Shown here in pieces: positions 11,165-23,458 of a DNA stretch of 37,096 nucleotides. Below the pieces are notes generated by a model. That model saw only the letters and a list, made by a program, of their open reading frames with translations, had not been told where the DNA came from and did not search any database. Location of the stretch: NCBI GenBank assembly GCA_051942205.1, contig JAVECO010000211.1, positions 1 to 37,096 of the forward strand. The letters run 5' to 3'. This DNA comes from Coniocarpon cinnabarinum (Eukaryota). The translations under genes and the position numbers were made by a program. Position 1 is the stretch's first letter; each line of letters starts with the position of its first letter.

Positions 11165-13009
11165 ATGTCAACTACTGCAGAAGTTCAGACCTCCGGGTCA
11201 GAGCCGGACCACCCTAGTCCCAGCCTGAAAAAGATGCCGAAAAAAGATGACCTACACTATGTGTACGCTGCCGCCAATGGTCCCGCTGACATCCATAAAC
11301 ATGCGCCGGTGGTCGTGCCGAAGTACAAGCACGTTATGGCCATCCATACGGAACATGTAACGTCTTGTCTGACGCACGGAACATCTGACGTGAGCTTTGC
11401 TGGCTTCCGCAATCTGATGGTGCTTGTCATTGGTACGTCTCTTTCCCAATCACATGTCGTTAGGCTCACCAATTGAAGTCGTTTCGAATCTCAGACTCAT
11501 GATTGAAAACTTTCAAAAGGTGAGTGAGGGAGCAAAAACTATAATCTGTACTCGGCGCTAATCGAGGGTCAGTATGGCGTTCTCATCTGTGTAAAATGTC
11601 ACGACTATAGAAAGCAGGATCTCGTTCTCGGTGCACTGCTGTTCTCACTTGTACCCTGCCATTTGTTCATTGCATATGCCATCGAGGCCTTTGCGGCACG
11701 TCAGGCCCTAGTAGCTGTGGGAAGAGCCAAGAAGATAGAGCAAGCGAATGGATCAGCAGCCACTTCCACTACTGACAATGACACACTTCGGTGGGTAGCA
11801 TCCTCGCATTTGGAGTGGGCTCAATGGAGGCTTTGCTTATTTTACTGCGCCAGATCTCCTTGGCACTTGTTTGCCATCTTTCATTTCCTCAACATCACCT
11901 TGAACCTGGTCATAGCAACAAGTGTCGTCTACTTCCATATCCATCATCCCGGAATCGGAACTCTTTGTGAGGTAAGCATGGCATGATCATCATTCACGGT
12001 AGCAACAAGATGTCGCCTACTTGACGGCCCCAACCGAGGCTGTGAGCTCCTGCAAAACATATGTTCATCGACAAATCCCCTGGTGAAGGAAAGCTGATTG
12101 TAGCACTAGCTCCACGCGATCATTGTCTGGCTCAAGACATGCTCTTATGCAATGACGAATCGTGACCTTAGGCATGCCATGTTCTCTGTTTCTCCAGAGC
12201 CTCTGCCAGAGCTGTACAAAAGTTGCCCGTATCCGAGAAACATCACAGTCAATAATCTGCTTTACTTCTGGTGGGCACCAACCCTCGTATACCAGCCAGT
12301 GTATCCTCGGACCTCCCGCATTCGATGGCTTTTCATTTTCTACCGGAGTCTAGAAGTCCTTGGTCTTTCAGTTGCAATATGGATCGCTTCAGCTCAATAC
12401 GCAGTTCCACTGCTCCACAACTCGTTGCCGGTCATCTCGGATCTGGACCTTCCTCAAATTCTGGAACGACTCATGAAGCTTTCATCAATCTCGTTATTCT
12501 GCTGGCTGGCAGGCTTCTACGCCGTTTTCCATTCTGCTCTCAATCTCCTTGCGGAGCTTTTGCGATTCGGAGATCGATCCTTCTATGGTGACTTTTGGAA
12601 CAGTTCGAGTCTCAAAATGTACTGGAAGCTCTGGAATCGCCCGGTCTACTGCTACATGAAGAGACATGTTTTTATGCCCCTCGTGGGTCGGGGTTGTCCA
12701 CCTCTAGTGGCTCAGGTGGTTGTTTTTGTTCTCTCCGCTGTCCTACATGAGATGTTAGTCGGTGTTCCCACCCATAACATCCTTGGCGTCGCTTTTTCGG
12801 GCATGATGCTACAGCTGCCCTTGATAGCTTTGACTGAGCTGCTGGCCAAACTGAAAGGACTGAGGGGAGAGACAATCGGAAACTGCATCTTCTGGATTAG
12901 TTTCGTGCTGGTTGGACAGCCCTTAGCAGCACTGATCTACTTCTTTGCTTGGCAAGCGAAGTATGGCTCTACAAGCAAGCCGGAATTGAACTTCTCTTGG
13001 CGACGATAG
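11165..13009 (+). CDS. MBOAT acyltransferase, DGAT1-type diacylglycerol O-acyltransferase (sterol O-acyltransferase superfamily)
   Basis: Exons 11165-11432, 11479-11519, 11573-11790, 11854-11971, 12110-13009. Motifs SFAGFRNL, NLRLMIEN, WLKTCSY, APTLVYQPVYPRT, FGDRSFYGDFWN, WNRPV and SAVLHE (catalytic His). Confidence 0.9.
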
Positions 13010-13272
13010 ACGAGAACGAGATAGAGTAACTTCTATTCGAACGTGAAATAACCTCTGAATGATGTGTGTTGCTGTTACCGCGTAACTTCCTGTTGAGCAA
13101 ATCTGAAAAGTCAGGAGCATTGTGCTCGGAATTCGAGGTTCGGCCTCGGCCCGAAGACACATCCGTCTCCGGTTCCGTGGCTCTAATACGATAGACAATG
13201 TGATGTGTCTCTGCGTGAGTCTGCGAAAGATGCTCAGACCACGTTCGTCCGAGCAAAGCATGCAATGATGAC

Positions 13273-16200
13273 ATGGACTTTGTAAGTTTGTCGACCTATC
13301 GCGTGAAGACCTTCACTGATTCCGCAGTTCTCCCGCCTCATTGGAGGAGTGGGATCCTCTACAACACGCAAATCTCCTGCCAACGATCCTCAACAGCGTT
13401 TGACCCGCTTCAAGAAAGCATACGAGCAGACCTTGGTATGGGCTCGATTTCAGACATTCTATGAATCAATGCATACTCACTCATGTTAGTCAGTCTGGCG
13501 CAAGCTCTCTCCATCGAAACCGGACCCACTAGCAGTCGATACTGTTCGAGGATGCCTCCAGCGTTTGACGACTTTGCTTCACGATGACACAAGAGCGCCT
13601 GCTCCGCATCTGTGTTTGTCCTTCGCCGCATCGTCTCAATTCTATCTTACAGTATCGAGAATAGCCTTGTCACTGAACAATGAGGACATCATTCGTGACG
13701 CAGTTGCGTGGTTCAATGCATTGGTAGACAACGATGAGGAGAACTTGCTTAGCGACGATCGTTTCGCGGAAGCGCTTATGAACTTTGTCGAGAGCTTGTC
13801 CGGAACAGCAGAGATTGTGGAAGGGTCTCAAATTGAGGGCGAAGTGCTCGAGTTAATGTTCGGCATTGCGGCTAAGATTCGACTCGACCCAGATCTGCTC
13901 TCCGTGTGGTTTATGTCAGAAGATCAGTCAAGCTCGCAGACCCCGACTGCTGGCCGACCAAGCCTTTCTCTTGGAGACCGCAAGCGGTTTCCTCTCTGCT
14001 ACCAGTTTGTTGGTCGTGTGTACCACGAGGGTCGTGCAGGAGATTTTGCACGGACTGGGTTACTTTACGTGTTCGAATGTGTTTCTCATTCACCGGAACT
14101 AGAAAGATGGATCATTGAAAGTGATTTGCCGACGCTCATGGCGAGCGGGCTTGGGGCCTTGTACAGCCAGTTAAGCAGGTGGGACATTGTTTATGCATGA
14201 ACAGTGAACCCCTTTGCTGACATGGTTTAGGAAGCTTAACATTGACCATCCACGACAAAATCTACCGTTGATTCTGGCACTGTCGGGCGAACAACAGGGA
14301 GAAATACCTGACGACGTCGACAGCTTTTATGCCGAGGAAACACAAAGCCAACTGTCAACCTTCATGTCCAACTTGGTCTTTTGGCAAGATATTCTAGAGC
14401 ATTGCAGATCGCTCGAGATCAAGCAAACTCTGATTGATCATTTCCAAGTATTCTTCCTGCAGCAAATCTTGTATAGTAACCGCCCTAGTATTGCCTGGGT
14501 GTCTTGTAACTGATTGGATGTCCAGATATCCATCATTAATACAATCATCTGATGCTGATGGTGGCTCTTCAGTCGCGGTACTGACCTACCTCTGGCGCAT
14601 TCTGGATTCCTTGGAACACCCGGATCTCATCAACCTAATATTGCAGTATCTGCTCGCCGTGACAAATGGAATATCGTCAGAGCCAATCACTCCACGGTCA
14701 CCTGCAGTGGAAAATCGTCGTCAGTCGTTGCTGTCTTTGGCACAAATCGATGGCGCAGAGCAGACTTTGACGCCATCTCTTTTCAATCTCGCTGATCTTA
14801 TTCTTGCCGGTGTCACATCTGAAAATTCTGGGACACTGACGGCAGCTCTGCGTCTGACCACGACGCTCATCGTGAAACACCACCCTCGCGCCTATTCTAC
14901 GCTCTTCAAAATTAGCGCTAACCGCAGTCCAGCAGCTGACCGTATTTACGGTTCACTGGACGAGGAGCTCGGGCAGTATTTCACATTGGCTCACCAGATA
15001 GGTGGCATGCTGGGCGTCGACGAAGCTTACGAAAATTGCGTAAAAGATGGACTGGGGCTGATCGAGTCTCATGCTTGTTCCGCACCTCGTCTCGGTATGA
15101 CAAAGGGAGGAGTAGCGCTCGAAGCGCGGCATCGGAGCGCCATACTCGAGGACCAGTCACGAACTGTGCAGCCACATCATCTGCATTCGGACGATCCTCT
15201 GATTACGGCTCTGATGTCACTGCTCGAGACCTTTTTCACAAACAGCATTGAGACTAACTTGGGACTTACCAATGTTTTGGCTCATCTTGCCGCATGCCCT
15301 TATGTCGCTTTAGAAGGCTGGTTGGTTACTGATCCAAAGAACTACCGACTCCCTCTTGCCGATACCGCATTACACAATGACGACAGCGAAGAGGTCCAGC
15401 TTGAGCTACCCACACCAGACGAGATGCAGCAGGATCAATCTGAAGTTGACCCAGATAAAGCCGAGGAAGCTCGAGTTGGAGCTTTTCATGCTGCTTGTCG
15501 AAGGCCTGCTTGTCCAGACAGTGCGCACCCCAGGGTTCTGCAAGCCCTTGAGAAGCTTTCGAAACAGCTTGAAGACGTCCGTCCAACCATTCCAAACCTC
15601 GACTTCCTGCTCGCCAGCCGGAAACGTGCCTTTAGCGGCCTGGACGAAATGGAACGTCCTGTGCGAGCCCCCGCCTCCGCGACAAGGACTCCACTTGATT
15701 CCTTGAAGCCATCGAGGAATCCGTCTCGAAAACGCCCTGCTCGTCCCGAATCAGGGATCAGTAGCATCAGTGGCACTGATGGAAACGTTCGGGGGAGGTC
15801 TTTGGCCACAGTTGCTAATCTACAGCGTCCTGATGAAACTTCTCCGACCCCTTCAGCCAGATCGCAACAATCTAATTCGTCTGCGCGCACCCAGTCACCT
15901 CTTAAAATCAACAATCGTAACCTCTCGACCTCGCCAGGACCGAAGCGGACCCTTTCTCCACTCAAAGCAGTCATGACGCCAGACGATCTTGAGCCACAGC
16001 CGCTCTCAGCACGTTCGAGATCGACCATGCGTGCCGCTGAGGCTCAAATTCTGGATCGCAAGCTGCACTTTCCACTTGAGTCAGACGAGTCGAGAGCGTC
16101 AGGGCTAGGTCCCGATTCAGAATCGCATGGCGCCAGAGATAACGGTGCACGGGATGACCGTTCTTTCAGCGAGCAATCAAGCAAAGACGATGATGGAAAC

Positions 16201-16335
16201 GGCGCGGGACACCGGGAGGCAAGTCTCTCACACGTGCTCACGAATATTGTGATCCTGCAAGAATTTGTCCTAGAGATCATGGCTTTGATACACGTGCGTT
16301 GCAGCTTGCTAGATAACGAAGTCAATTTTCAATAA
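13273..16335 (+). CDS. RAI16-like / FAM160 (FHIP, FTS- and Hook-interacting protein) homolog
   Basis: Exons 13273-13281, 13328-13435, 13490-14178, 14231-14470, 14526-16335. Family-typical segments MDFFSRL, YHEGRAGDFARTGLLY, TLMASGLGALYSQLSRKL, LYPSLIQSSDADGGSSVAVLTYL, FFTNSIETNL and SHVLTNIVILQEFVLEIMAL. Confidence 0.87.
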
Positions 16336-16776
16336 AGATACCCCTAAATCGTTTACTGTGTAAGCACATTGCCTTTGATTGCCTCATTACTGCCTATTTC
16401 AAAGTTGACCGCTAAGCTTCAATATGTGACGACCTAGTGCCGGGGGCAAGGGAAGGTCGCGTCTGCATGAACTGGCACCTGGAACCTAACCTCGTGGTTG
16501 CAGCTCCAGCACGTTGATCAGGATTGAGACGAAGGCGCGCCGAAGAATATGTAGTAGTGTGCACGGACCGCCATGTTTCTGTGGTAACAGACTGTTTCGA
16601 ACCGGAATAGGACTAGCTTAAACAGTACCAGTCCTACCTCACGAACATTCCGGTGCTCGTCAGATGGCCGCTGGTGTACAATCATTTGGAAGAGCTCAGT
16701 GATGGGGGTCGCGCGCAGAGCGTCCAATTGACTACCATTGCTTGTGCTCATCCGGCTCCTCCCTTCCTTGACAATC

Positions 16777-19700
16777 ATGGACGTAGACGAAAACATTGTA
16801 GGTCCAGCAATCAGCTGAAGGAATCTTAGCCTGACAACACATGTAGCCTCCTAGCGATGGACCAAGGCCTCGTCCACCGCGTTCTAAAATACCTGGTCCA
16901 CATCTGCCCCGGTTGCAAGAGCTCTCAGAGTCGGAGAACAATGCACACTCCATGACCATGCCTCCTCCGAGCAACGCTCAAAAGAGAGGAGCCACAGGAC
17001 GTGAGTACCCCATTTGCGCATCCCCGCCGCTGTTGCGGTGAAGGAGGTGACTGGACGGAAAGGCTATGCAATTGACTCCGTCGCCGGGCGTATGTGTCTG
17101 CTGCTGACTTTCAACTCCCTCACAGTTCCCGAGCCTGACCCGAAGAGGAAAACGCTCGTAGCTCGCGCTGGCGAGATACCCTCCAAGAATGGTCCAGCGC
17201 CGCCGAGCCATAGACCGGTCAATGGCTATGTCAAATCTGTTGCGTCCGCAGGACCAAGAGGGGTTGGGACATACTCGTCCGGCGGCAGCTACAGACAACC
17301 TTCGAACTCGTCAAGGTCCACGTCAAACTCTTCTACTTCAAGCTTCCGTGGTGGTTCCTCAACCTCTTCCCGACCTCAGACTGCTTTTACTTTCAATCGA
17401 GGATATACGAACGGCTCAATTGGATCGATGAGACCGGCAACGTCGATGGATCACCCCGTGAACAATGTGAATACACACAATGGTAGAGTCACCCTCTCAC
17501 GTTCTCCCTCCCCTCCGCGAAACAATTTCGAGCATTTCAAAAGACAGCGGCAAAACAACAGCAACGCATCGCGCAACGACTACTTTCATTGGTCAAGTTC
17601 AGAGAGCATTGCGCATAGTCGACATTTATCAAGATCCCGAAGCCGCTCAAGAGAAGTTTCTATCACCTATGGGATAACACAAGGCATGGACGGGCTTTCA
17701 CTGGGAAGTCCGGCAAAAGACAAAGCGAGCAGGGAGGATAAGTGTCCGCATACTCCGTCATATCTCCCCAAACCTCTGCCGAAAGAGCCCCAGGCCACCC
17801 CCGCGCTGTCGCAAGAATCAAGAGTCGCTCTCCAAAACACTGATGTTTCTAAGAAGATGAAAACTCGATCAAGAGCTTCGCTGTCCCCGTGCAAGACTCC
17901 ACAACAATTTCTTAGCAAATCATCTAACTTGACATTAGGCTCGATAGATTTTGAGAGTCGCTTTAGTGAAATGGATAAGCAGCTCGACACTTTCAACGAA
18001 CAGATGAAGACCGTCAGTGACGACAGAAAAAAAGAGAATGAAAAGTTGGACGTACTGCAAGTGAAAGGTAAGGGTCTCTGAAGCTGTTGTCAAAATGAAA
18101 GGCTGACAAGGCAACCGCGATCAGTGAATGATTTGGACGCAGCTAAAAGCGAGCTCACTGAGAGCAACACATCATTACAGAGCGATAATGAAGAGCTTCG
18201 CAGCAAGATTCAATTCACTACAATTACGCTTGAAGATACCCGGAGATCACATGCACTTGAGATGGATGATGTACGAAGAAAACATCGGAACGAGCTCGAG
18301 GACCTTCGTGAAGATCAGCGGAGGAAGGAGAGCTCGAATCGAAGGGATACCGAAGAAGAACTTGACCGCCTGACCAGGCGACACACAACCGAGCTCGAAG
18401 ACGCAGAGCGAAAGATGAGGACTGCAGTGGACGAGGAAAGAGAGAGGAGTAGAAGAGAGGTGGCAGATGTCTTGCATCAACTGAATCAATATCGACAGAG
18501 CGTCGAGGAAGCTGCGAACTCAAAAGAGTGTGAAACGCAGGCAACTAGAAATGAAATTGCTCAGCTAAACAATTCAATCGAACAAGAGCGGACTGTCAAT
18601 GCCGGATTGAAGGAAAAGCTTGGAATGGCAGCTTCTCAAACTGCTCAGCTGGAGTCTGATCTACAGGCGGCGCGAGCGAAAACGCAGTTCCTAGAGTCTG
18701 ACAGTCAAGCTCAATCACAAGCTTTCGCTGATTCGCATGCGCGGATGCAAGAAGCCATTGCTACCAGGGATGAGGCCATGCGAAAGCTTAGAGCGGAAGA
18801 GACGTTGAGGCGAAAACTGCACAACCAAGTGCAAGAGCTCAAAGGCAATATAAGAGTGTTTTGCAGAGTCAGACCATCCCTGAAGAACGAAGAAGAACCT
18901 GCACGCATCGCTTTCCCTGACGGTGAGGAAGACTGCAAAGAGATTGTGGTTACTGGGCCGGAAAAGAAGACAGCTATTGGGAACGACGCGACGAGCAAGC
19001 ACAACTTTGCTTTCGATCGCGTGTTCGCTCCGGTGGCGGTCAACGCAGACATTTTTGACGAAATCAGTCAGCTTGTTCAATCCGCCTTGGACGGCTACAA
19101 TGTGTGCATCTTTTGCTATGGACAGACTGGCTCGGGGAAGACGTACACCATGTCATCCGCTGACGGAATGATACCACTGGCTGTCCGTCAGATTTACGAC
19201 ACCGCTAATGGCCTGCAAGAGAAGGGCTGGTCCTATAGCATGGAGGGATCCTTTGTTGAGGTGTACAACGAAAACCTGAACGACCTGCTGGGGAAGGCAG
19301 ACGAGATTGACAAGAAAAAGCTCGAAATCCGACACGATAAGGAAAAGTGCAGGACCACGATCACGGATGTAACGACTGTAACGCTTGACTCACCATCAAC
19401 TGTGTCCACCCTTTTAAACAGAGCGTCTGCCAACCGCAGTGTCGCCGCCACCAAGGCGAATGAACGATCATCACGCAGTCATTCTGTTTTCATTCTTAAA
19501 CTGGTCGGCGAGAACTCGATCACGGGAGAAAGGTCTGAAGGGACGCTGAACCTGGTTGACTTGGCAGGTAGCGAGCGTCTCGCTCACAGTGCCGCGTCTG
19601 GCGATCGACTCAAGGAAACTCAGAGCATCAACAAGAGCTTGAGTTGTCTCGGCGATGTCATCAGCGCACTCGGCCAGGGCAAAGACGGAGGTCACATCCC

Positions 19701-19890
19701 GTACAGGAACAGCAAGCTGACCTATCTGCTTCAACATTCTCTGGGAGGCAATTCGAAGACACTCATGTTCGTCATGGTCAGCCCTTTGGCCGCCCATCTA
19801 GGGGAGACAATCACCAGCTTGAAGTTTGCCACCAAGGTGCACAACACACATATTGGGACTGCAAAGAAGCAGACAAAGGTGCGAGACTAG
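16777..19890 (+). CDS. klpA: Kinesin-14, C-terminal motor (KlpA/Kar3-like)
   Basis: Exons 16777-16797, 16847-17000, 17126-18067, 18125-19890. Long coiled coil, then neck LHNQVQELKGNIRVFCRVRP, P-loop GQTGSGKT, switch I NERSSRSH, switch II DLAGSE and HIPYRNSKLT. The 5' exons are less certain than the motor exon. Confidence 0.93.
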
Positions 19891-20350
19891 GGGACTGCAC
19901 AGGAGAATATCTTTCTGTTCTTAGCGAGGCGTCTGGTTGGGCTTCTGTTTTGGCCGTCTACTAGCATCCACGGGCGCTCTGGGCTTGCATCATATTTGTA
20001 CTCACGGGTGATGAAGTTTCTTTGTAAATGAAGGCCTTCACAGGTCATAGACGAAGGAGAATGACAAGGCCAGAAGTTGACCTGACTTGGATCGGCACAT
20101 CGGAAAGGATGGTATCACATGCTTCAGGCTGTTTGTTACATGCGCTGGTTGGACACGTGACTTCACAATCACATGTCAGACTTTTCTTCGTCCTTTCTTT
20201 CATCTGACATCCATCTGAATGTGCCGCTACCAGGCGCTTCGTGGCGTTCATGCTAGCTGCGTTTGCAATTTGAAATATCTATGGACTCTGCTTTTCTAGA
20301 TGAGCGCAGTCAATTTTCTAGTGTGCATTTAGAACGGCTATCTTTTGACG

Positions 20351-21653
20351 ATGGAGAAATATTCAAAGTATCGTGATCCCGGTATGCAGGCCTCAGCCTG
20401 GTTTCGTACGGCCTTGCGTAAGATACGATCGGCGAGCTGATGGCGCTGTAGGAACGGGCATTGCACCGTTTTTCCCAATACCACCGCCCCCAGCAGGCTA
20501 CTATGTCCCTATGTACTTGCTCCTGGTAGCCATTCGAATACCTTTGCTCGTGGCTGTTGGATTGACCTACTTTGTGGTCGTTCAATGGCTGCCTGTGGGC
20601 TCTCTAGGAAGAAAGGCAGCGCTTTGGACGTTGCTTGGCATACCAGGCATTTGGTGGGTGGACTTGCAAGGTATGTCTTGATCTTACCCTACATCGGTGG
20701 CCCGATCGCTGTGTGGCCATGTGCCTCTGGTAGCAAAGCGCTAACAATACGTAGTCGACGGCGTCAAGCGAGGGTGAGTTCGATGCAAGCAAAGCTACAT
20801 GGGCAGCTTGCTAATCAATTAACGAAGCAATTTGAGCAAAGCCTCGAACCAACTGCCGGGTCCCGGCTCTATCATCGTATCCTCATCAACATCCCCATTG
20901 GACGCTCTTTACCTCGCAGCTATCTTCGATCCAGTCTTTACACGATGTTATACCTTCTCTCGGCGTCTTCAGACAGTCTCGCTGCTCTCAGCCATGTTCC
21001 AAGCTGTGTCTCCGGCCTCGCTCTTGGGTGCCCCTACAGCCTCGGACGCCAACAGCAATTCCGATCTTCTAAGCATACCACAGCTGGTGAAGCGTAATCC
21101 CACTCGTGTTATAGTCGTCTTTGCGGAATCAACCACAACTAACGGGCGTGGCATAATGCCCCTCTCGCCGTGTCTCGCCAGCACGCCAGAGTCCGTGCCC
21201 ATCTTTCCTACAAGCCTGCGCTACAGTCCCGCAGACGTGACTACGCCAGTGCCCGGCTGGCGAGCAACATGGCGTTTCTTCTGGAATCTGTGCAGCTTGC
21301 CTACTCACACGATTCGAGTTCGAATTGCCGAGCCATTACGCAACGCACCGCCCGCACTCAATGGTGCTGCCAAAGCCACAGCCACGGAGCCAAACTCGTA
21401 CGCGACGAACTTTTTCGACCGCTTCCAGCGCGAGACGAAAGCAGCCGCGTATGAAACGACCGCCGGGCGGAACGTCATGGCCGGTAGTAGAGAAGAGTCA
21501 GCAGACGAGCAGCCACTCAACGCAGAAGAGCGAAAGCTGCTCGATCGCATTGGAGAATCTTTGGCGCGACTCGGTCGCGTCAAGAGAGTAGCGTTAAATG
21601 TAAGAGACAAGGCGGACTTCGTGCGATTATGGAGAAAGAGAGGCCGAGCCTAG
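20351..21653 (+). CDS. LOA1: Lysophosphatidic acid:oleoyl-CoA acyltransferase (Loa1/Vps66-like)
   Basis: Exons 20351-20381, 20452-20670, 20755-20773 (19-nt microexon VDGVKRG), 20828-21653. N-terminus MEKYSKYRDPG|TGIAPFFP; motifs TSPLDALYL and FAESTTTNGRGI. Confidence 0.85.
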
Positions 21654-22652
21654 GAGCTCACGACAGGCCGAGGCCACATCTGGTTAATGATCCGAACAAC
21701 CTGGAAATGTATTCTTACTTTACAGCAATGTCACAGCGAACATACGCCTTCCGAGCGATCTACTGTTGGCGTGTCGCGTTGCCACCGTTTAGGCCCAGAG
21801 ATTTCGAACACCGCTGTGCGACGCACTTCCCGGCTGACGTGGCCTAATGTGAGACACAGGCGGACTGTCCACCAGCCATTTTGGTGAGCCCTTGCGCCAG
21901 AACTTAAAAGATGAGTGCTATGTACGTGATGCTGGTCTGCGTGACGGCCATAGCAGCAGATCATGCCGTTTCTCGTGCTGTGCGCCGAACGAGGCATTTG
22001 TCCTAACACTTAGAGGTATTGCTTGGGAGAGTCTTTTGTAAAATGCAATGGCGGCTATAGTAAGCCTGAGAGGAAGTCTAGTATCGTACTTGCTATATCC
22101 CTTATCATGACTTGGCGACGAGAACGCCAGTCGCACCGGCTTGCATGACGCGCCGCGTTGTGAGGAGGCAAGGTATCGGTGCTTGATGAACAAAAATGGC
22201 TTCGCGTAGCCACAGACTGCAGGCGAAGCCTGTTACAGACAAGCACTCGTTGCGTTGATGACGGAATACGTATGCTGAATTCGGAAGGCCCTCTGCTTGT
22301 GCCTTCAACGTTGCGAATTAGAACTCAGGTTAGTCGACACCGTGTCAGTACTCGGTGTGAGCTTTTTTCCAAATCATTCGGAAGTCGACCTGGTGAGAGG
22401 TGTCATCAGACTGTTTGCCTTATTTAATGGAGCATGCAGTACGAACATGATGATTGACTCTTTGCTCCAGCAATTCAGCATTCTCATACTTCCTCACTTC
22501 AGTTGCTACAACTCCAGCAAAAGAGCAACCACAGATCTTCAACTTAGCATTGATACACCTTTCAGTCCCAGTGTCACGGACATCAAGCACTCGTGAACCA
22601 AGAATAAAGCCTTTCTGCGCCAGCTTCAAAGTATCCCTTCACTTTATCAACC

Positions 22653-22906
22653 ATGAGCGACTGGATGAAGAACTTCCTGAGAAAAGTGTCCTGCAGAGTG
22701 CGGAGAAGGGTCAGAAAAAGGTCATTGCCGATCTCAAGAAAGCCGAGAAGAACACCAACGAGGTGAACAAGAGAAATCAGATCAGCGGCTCGCTCAACAC
22801 GGCATACACCGAACTGAAGAACATCCAAGGGGCGTTGAGCGACAATCCTGGATCAGGCGAACGTCCCGGAAGTAGTTCCTTAGCTGATGAGCACACCATG
22901 AAATGA
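22653..22906 (+). pseudogene. Possible small orphan coiled-coil gene or frameshifted pseudogene
   Basis: K/E/N-rich helical frame KSVLQSAEKGQKKVIADLKKAEKNTNEVNKRNQISGSLNTAYTELKNIQGAL ends at 22906 with no in-frame ATG ahead of it. ATG 22653 (CAACCATG) is one base out of frame. Confidence 0.3.
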
Positions 22907-23458
22907 GGGGCCTTTCAACATTAGTCACCCAAACAGCGATGCGAGGCAAGGGGAATGGAGTGTGTGTGACAGCCATGTGAAGTAGAAGTTGTGCAAAAAG
23001 AACCTACGCTCGTTACGGTAGTTTTGCAATCTCACCAAAGCTTCTTACTCACTCTATGATGCTCTTGACAATTCTTAAGCAAGGCGTTGCGCCTTTGAGG
23101 TTTCTTATCCTACAAGACTTCACAAAGGGCTCAGGTTGTGACTGGTCAAGATTCAACAAAAGTATTGCATAACCATCGTGGCTGCACTTCCTCATTGAAA
23201 CATGCAGCTAAGATACCTACCCTTTCCAAATGAGCGTCACGTTACCTTCTCAGGAAAATCTCGTTCTAAACACGCAATCTCTCGGGGTTGTTTTGATTTA
23301 CCAATGCCATCTGTCGTGTTCTACAACGAGTCCCTGTCTGTTACCTCTTTGTTTTTTCAAGTCACTAGACAGTCTTCCGACCCTCACCGAGATTCTGACT
23401 TGACGACTGTTTGCCTCCCACGTCTGGGATAACTAAACAAATAGATAATTAAACCGCC

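Noticed and set aside
13055..13110. Possible box C/D snoRNA with TTACCGCG complementary to 18S rRNA
   Set aside because: Box C is imperfect (TGATGT), the span is only about 50 nt, and the complementarity is short and not correctly placed before a D/D' box.
17480..17820. Possible extra in-frame intron in the Ser/Arg-rich klpA tail
   Set aside because: The frame is open throughout and I found no convincing branch/acceptor pair; RNA data are needed.
21654..21887. 77 open codons after the LOA1 TAG (stop-loss editing or readthrough candidate)
   Set aside because: An extension this long is expected occasionally by chance among 16 genes, and it shows no recognisable motif or targeting signal.
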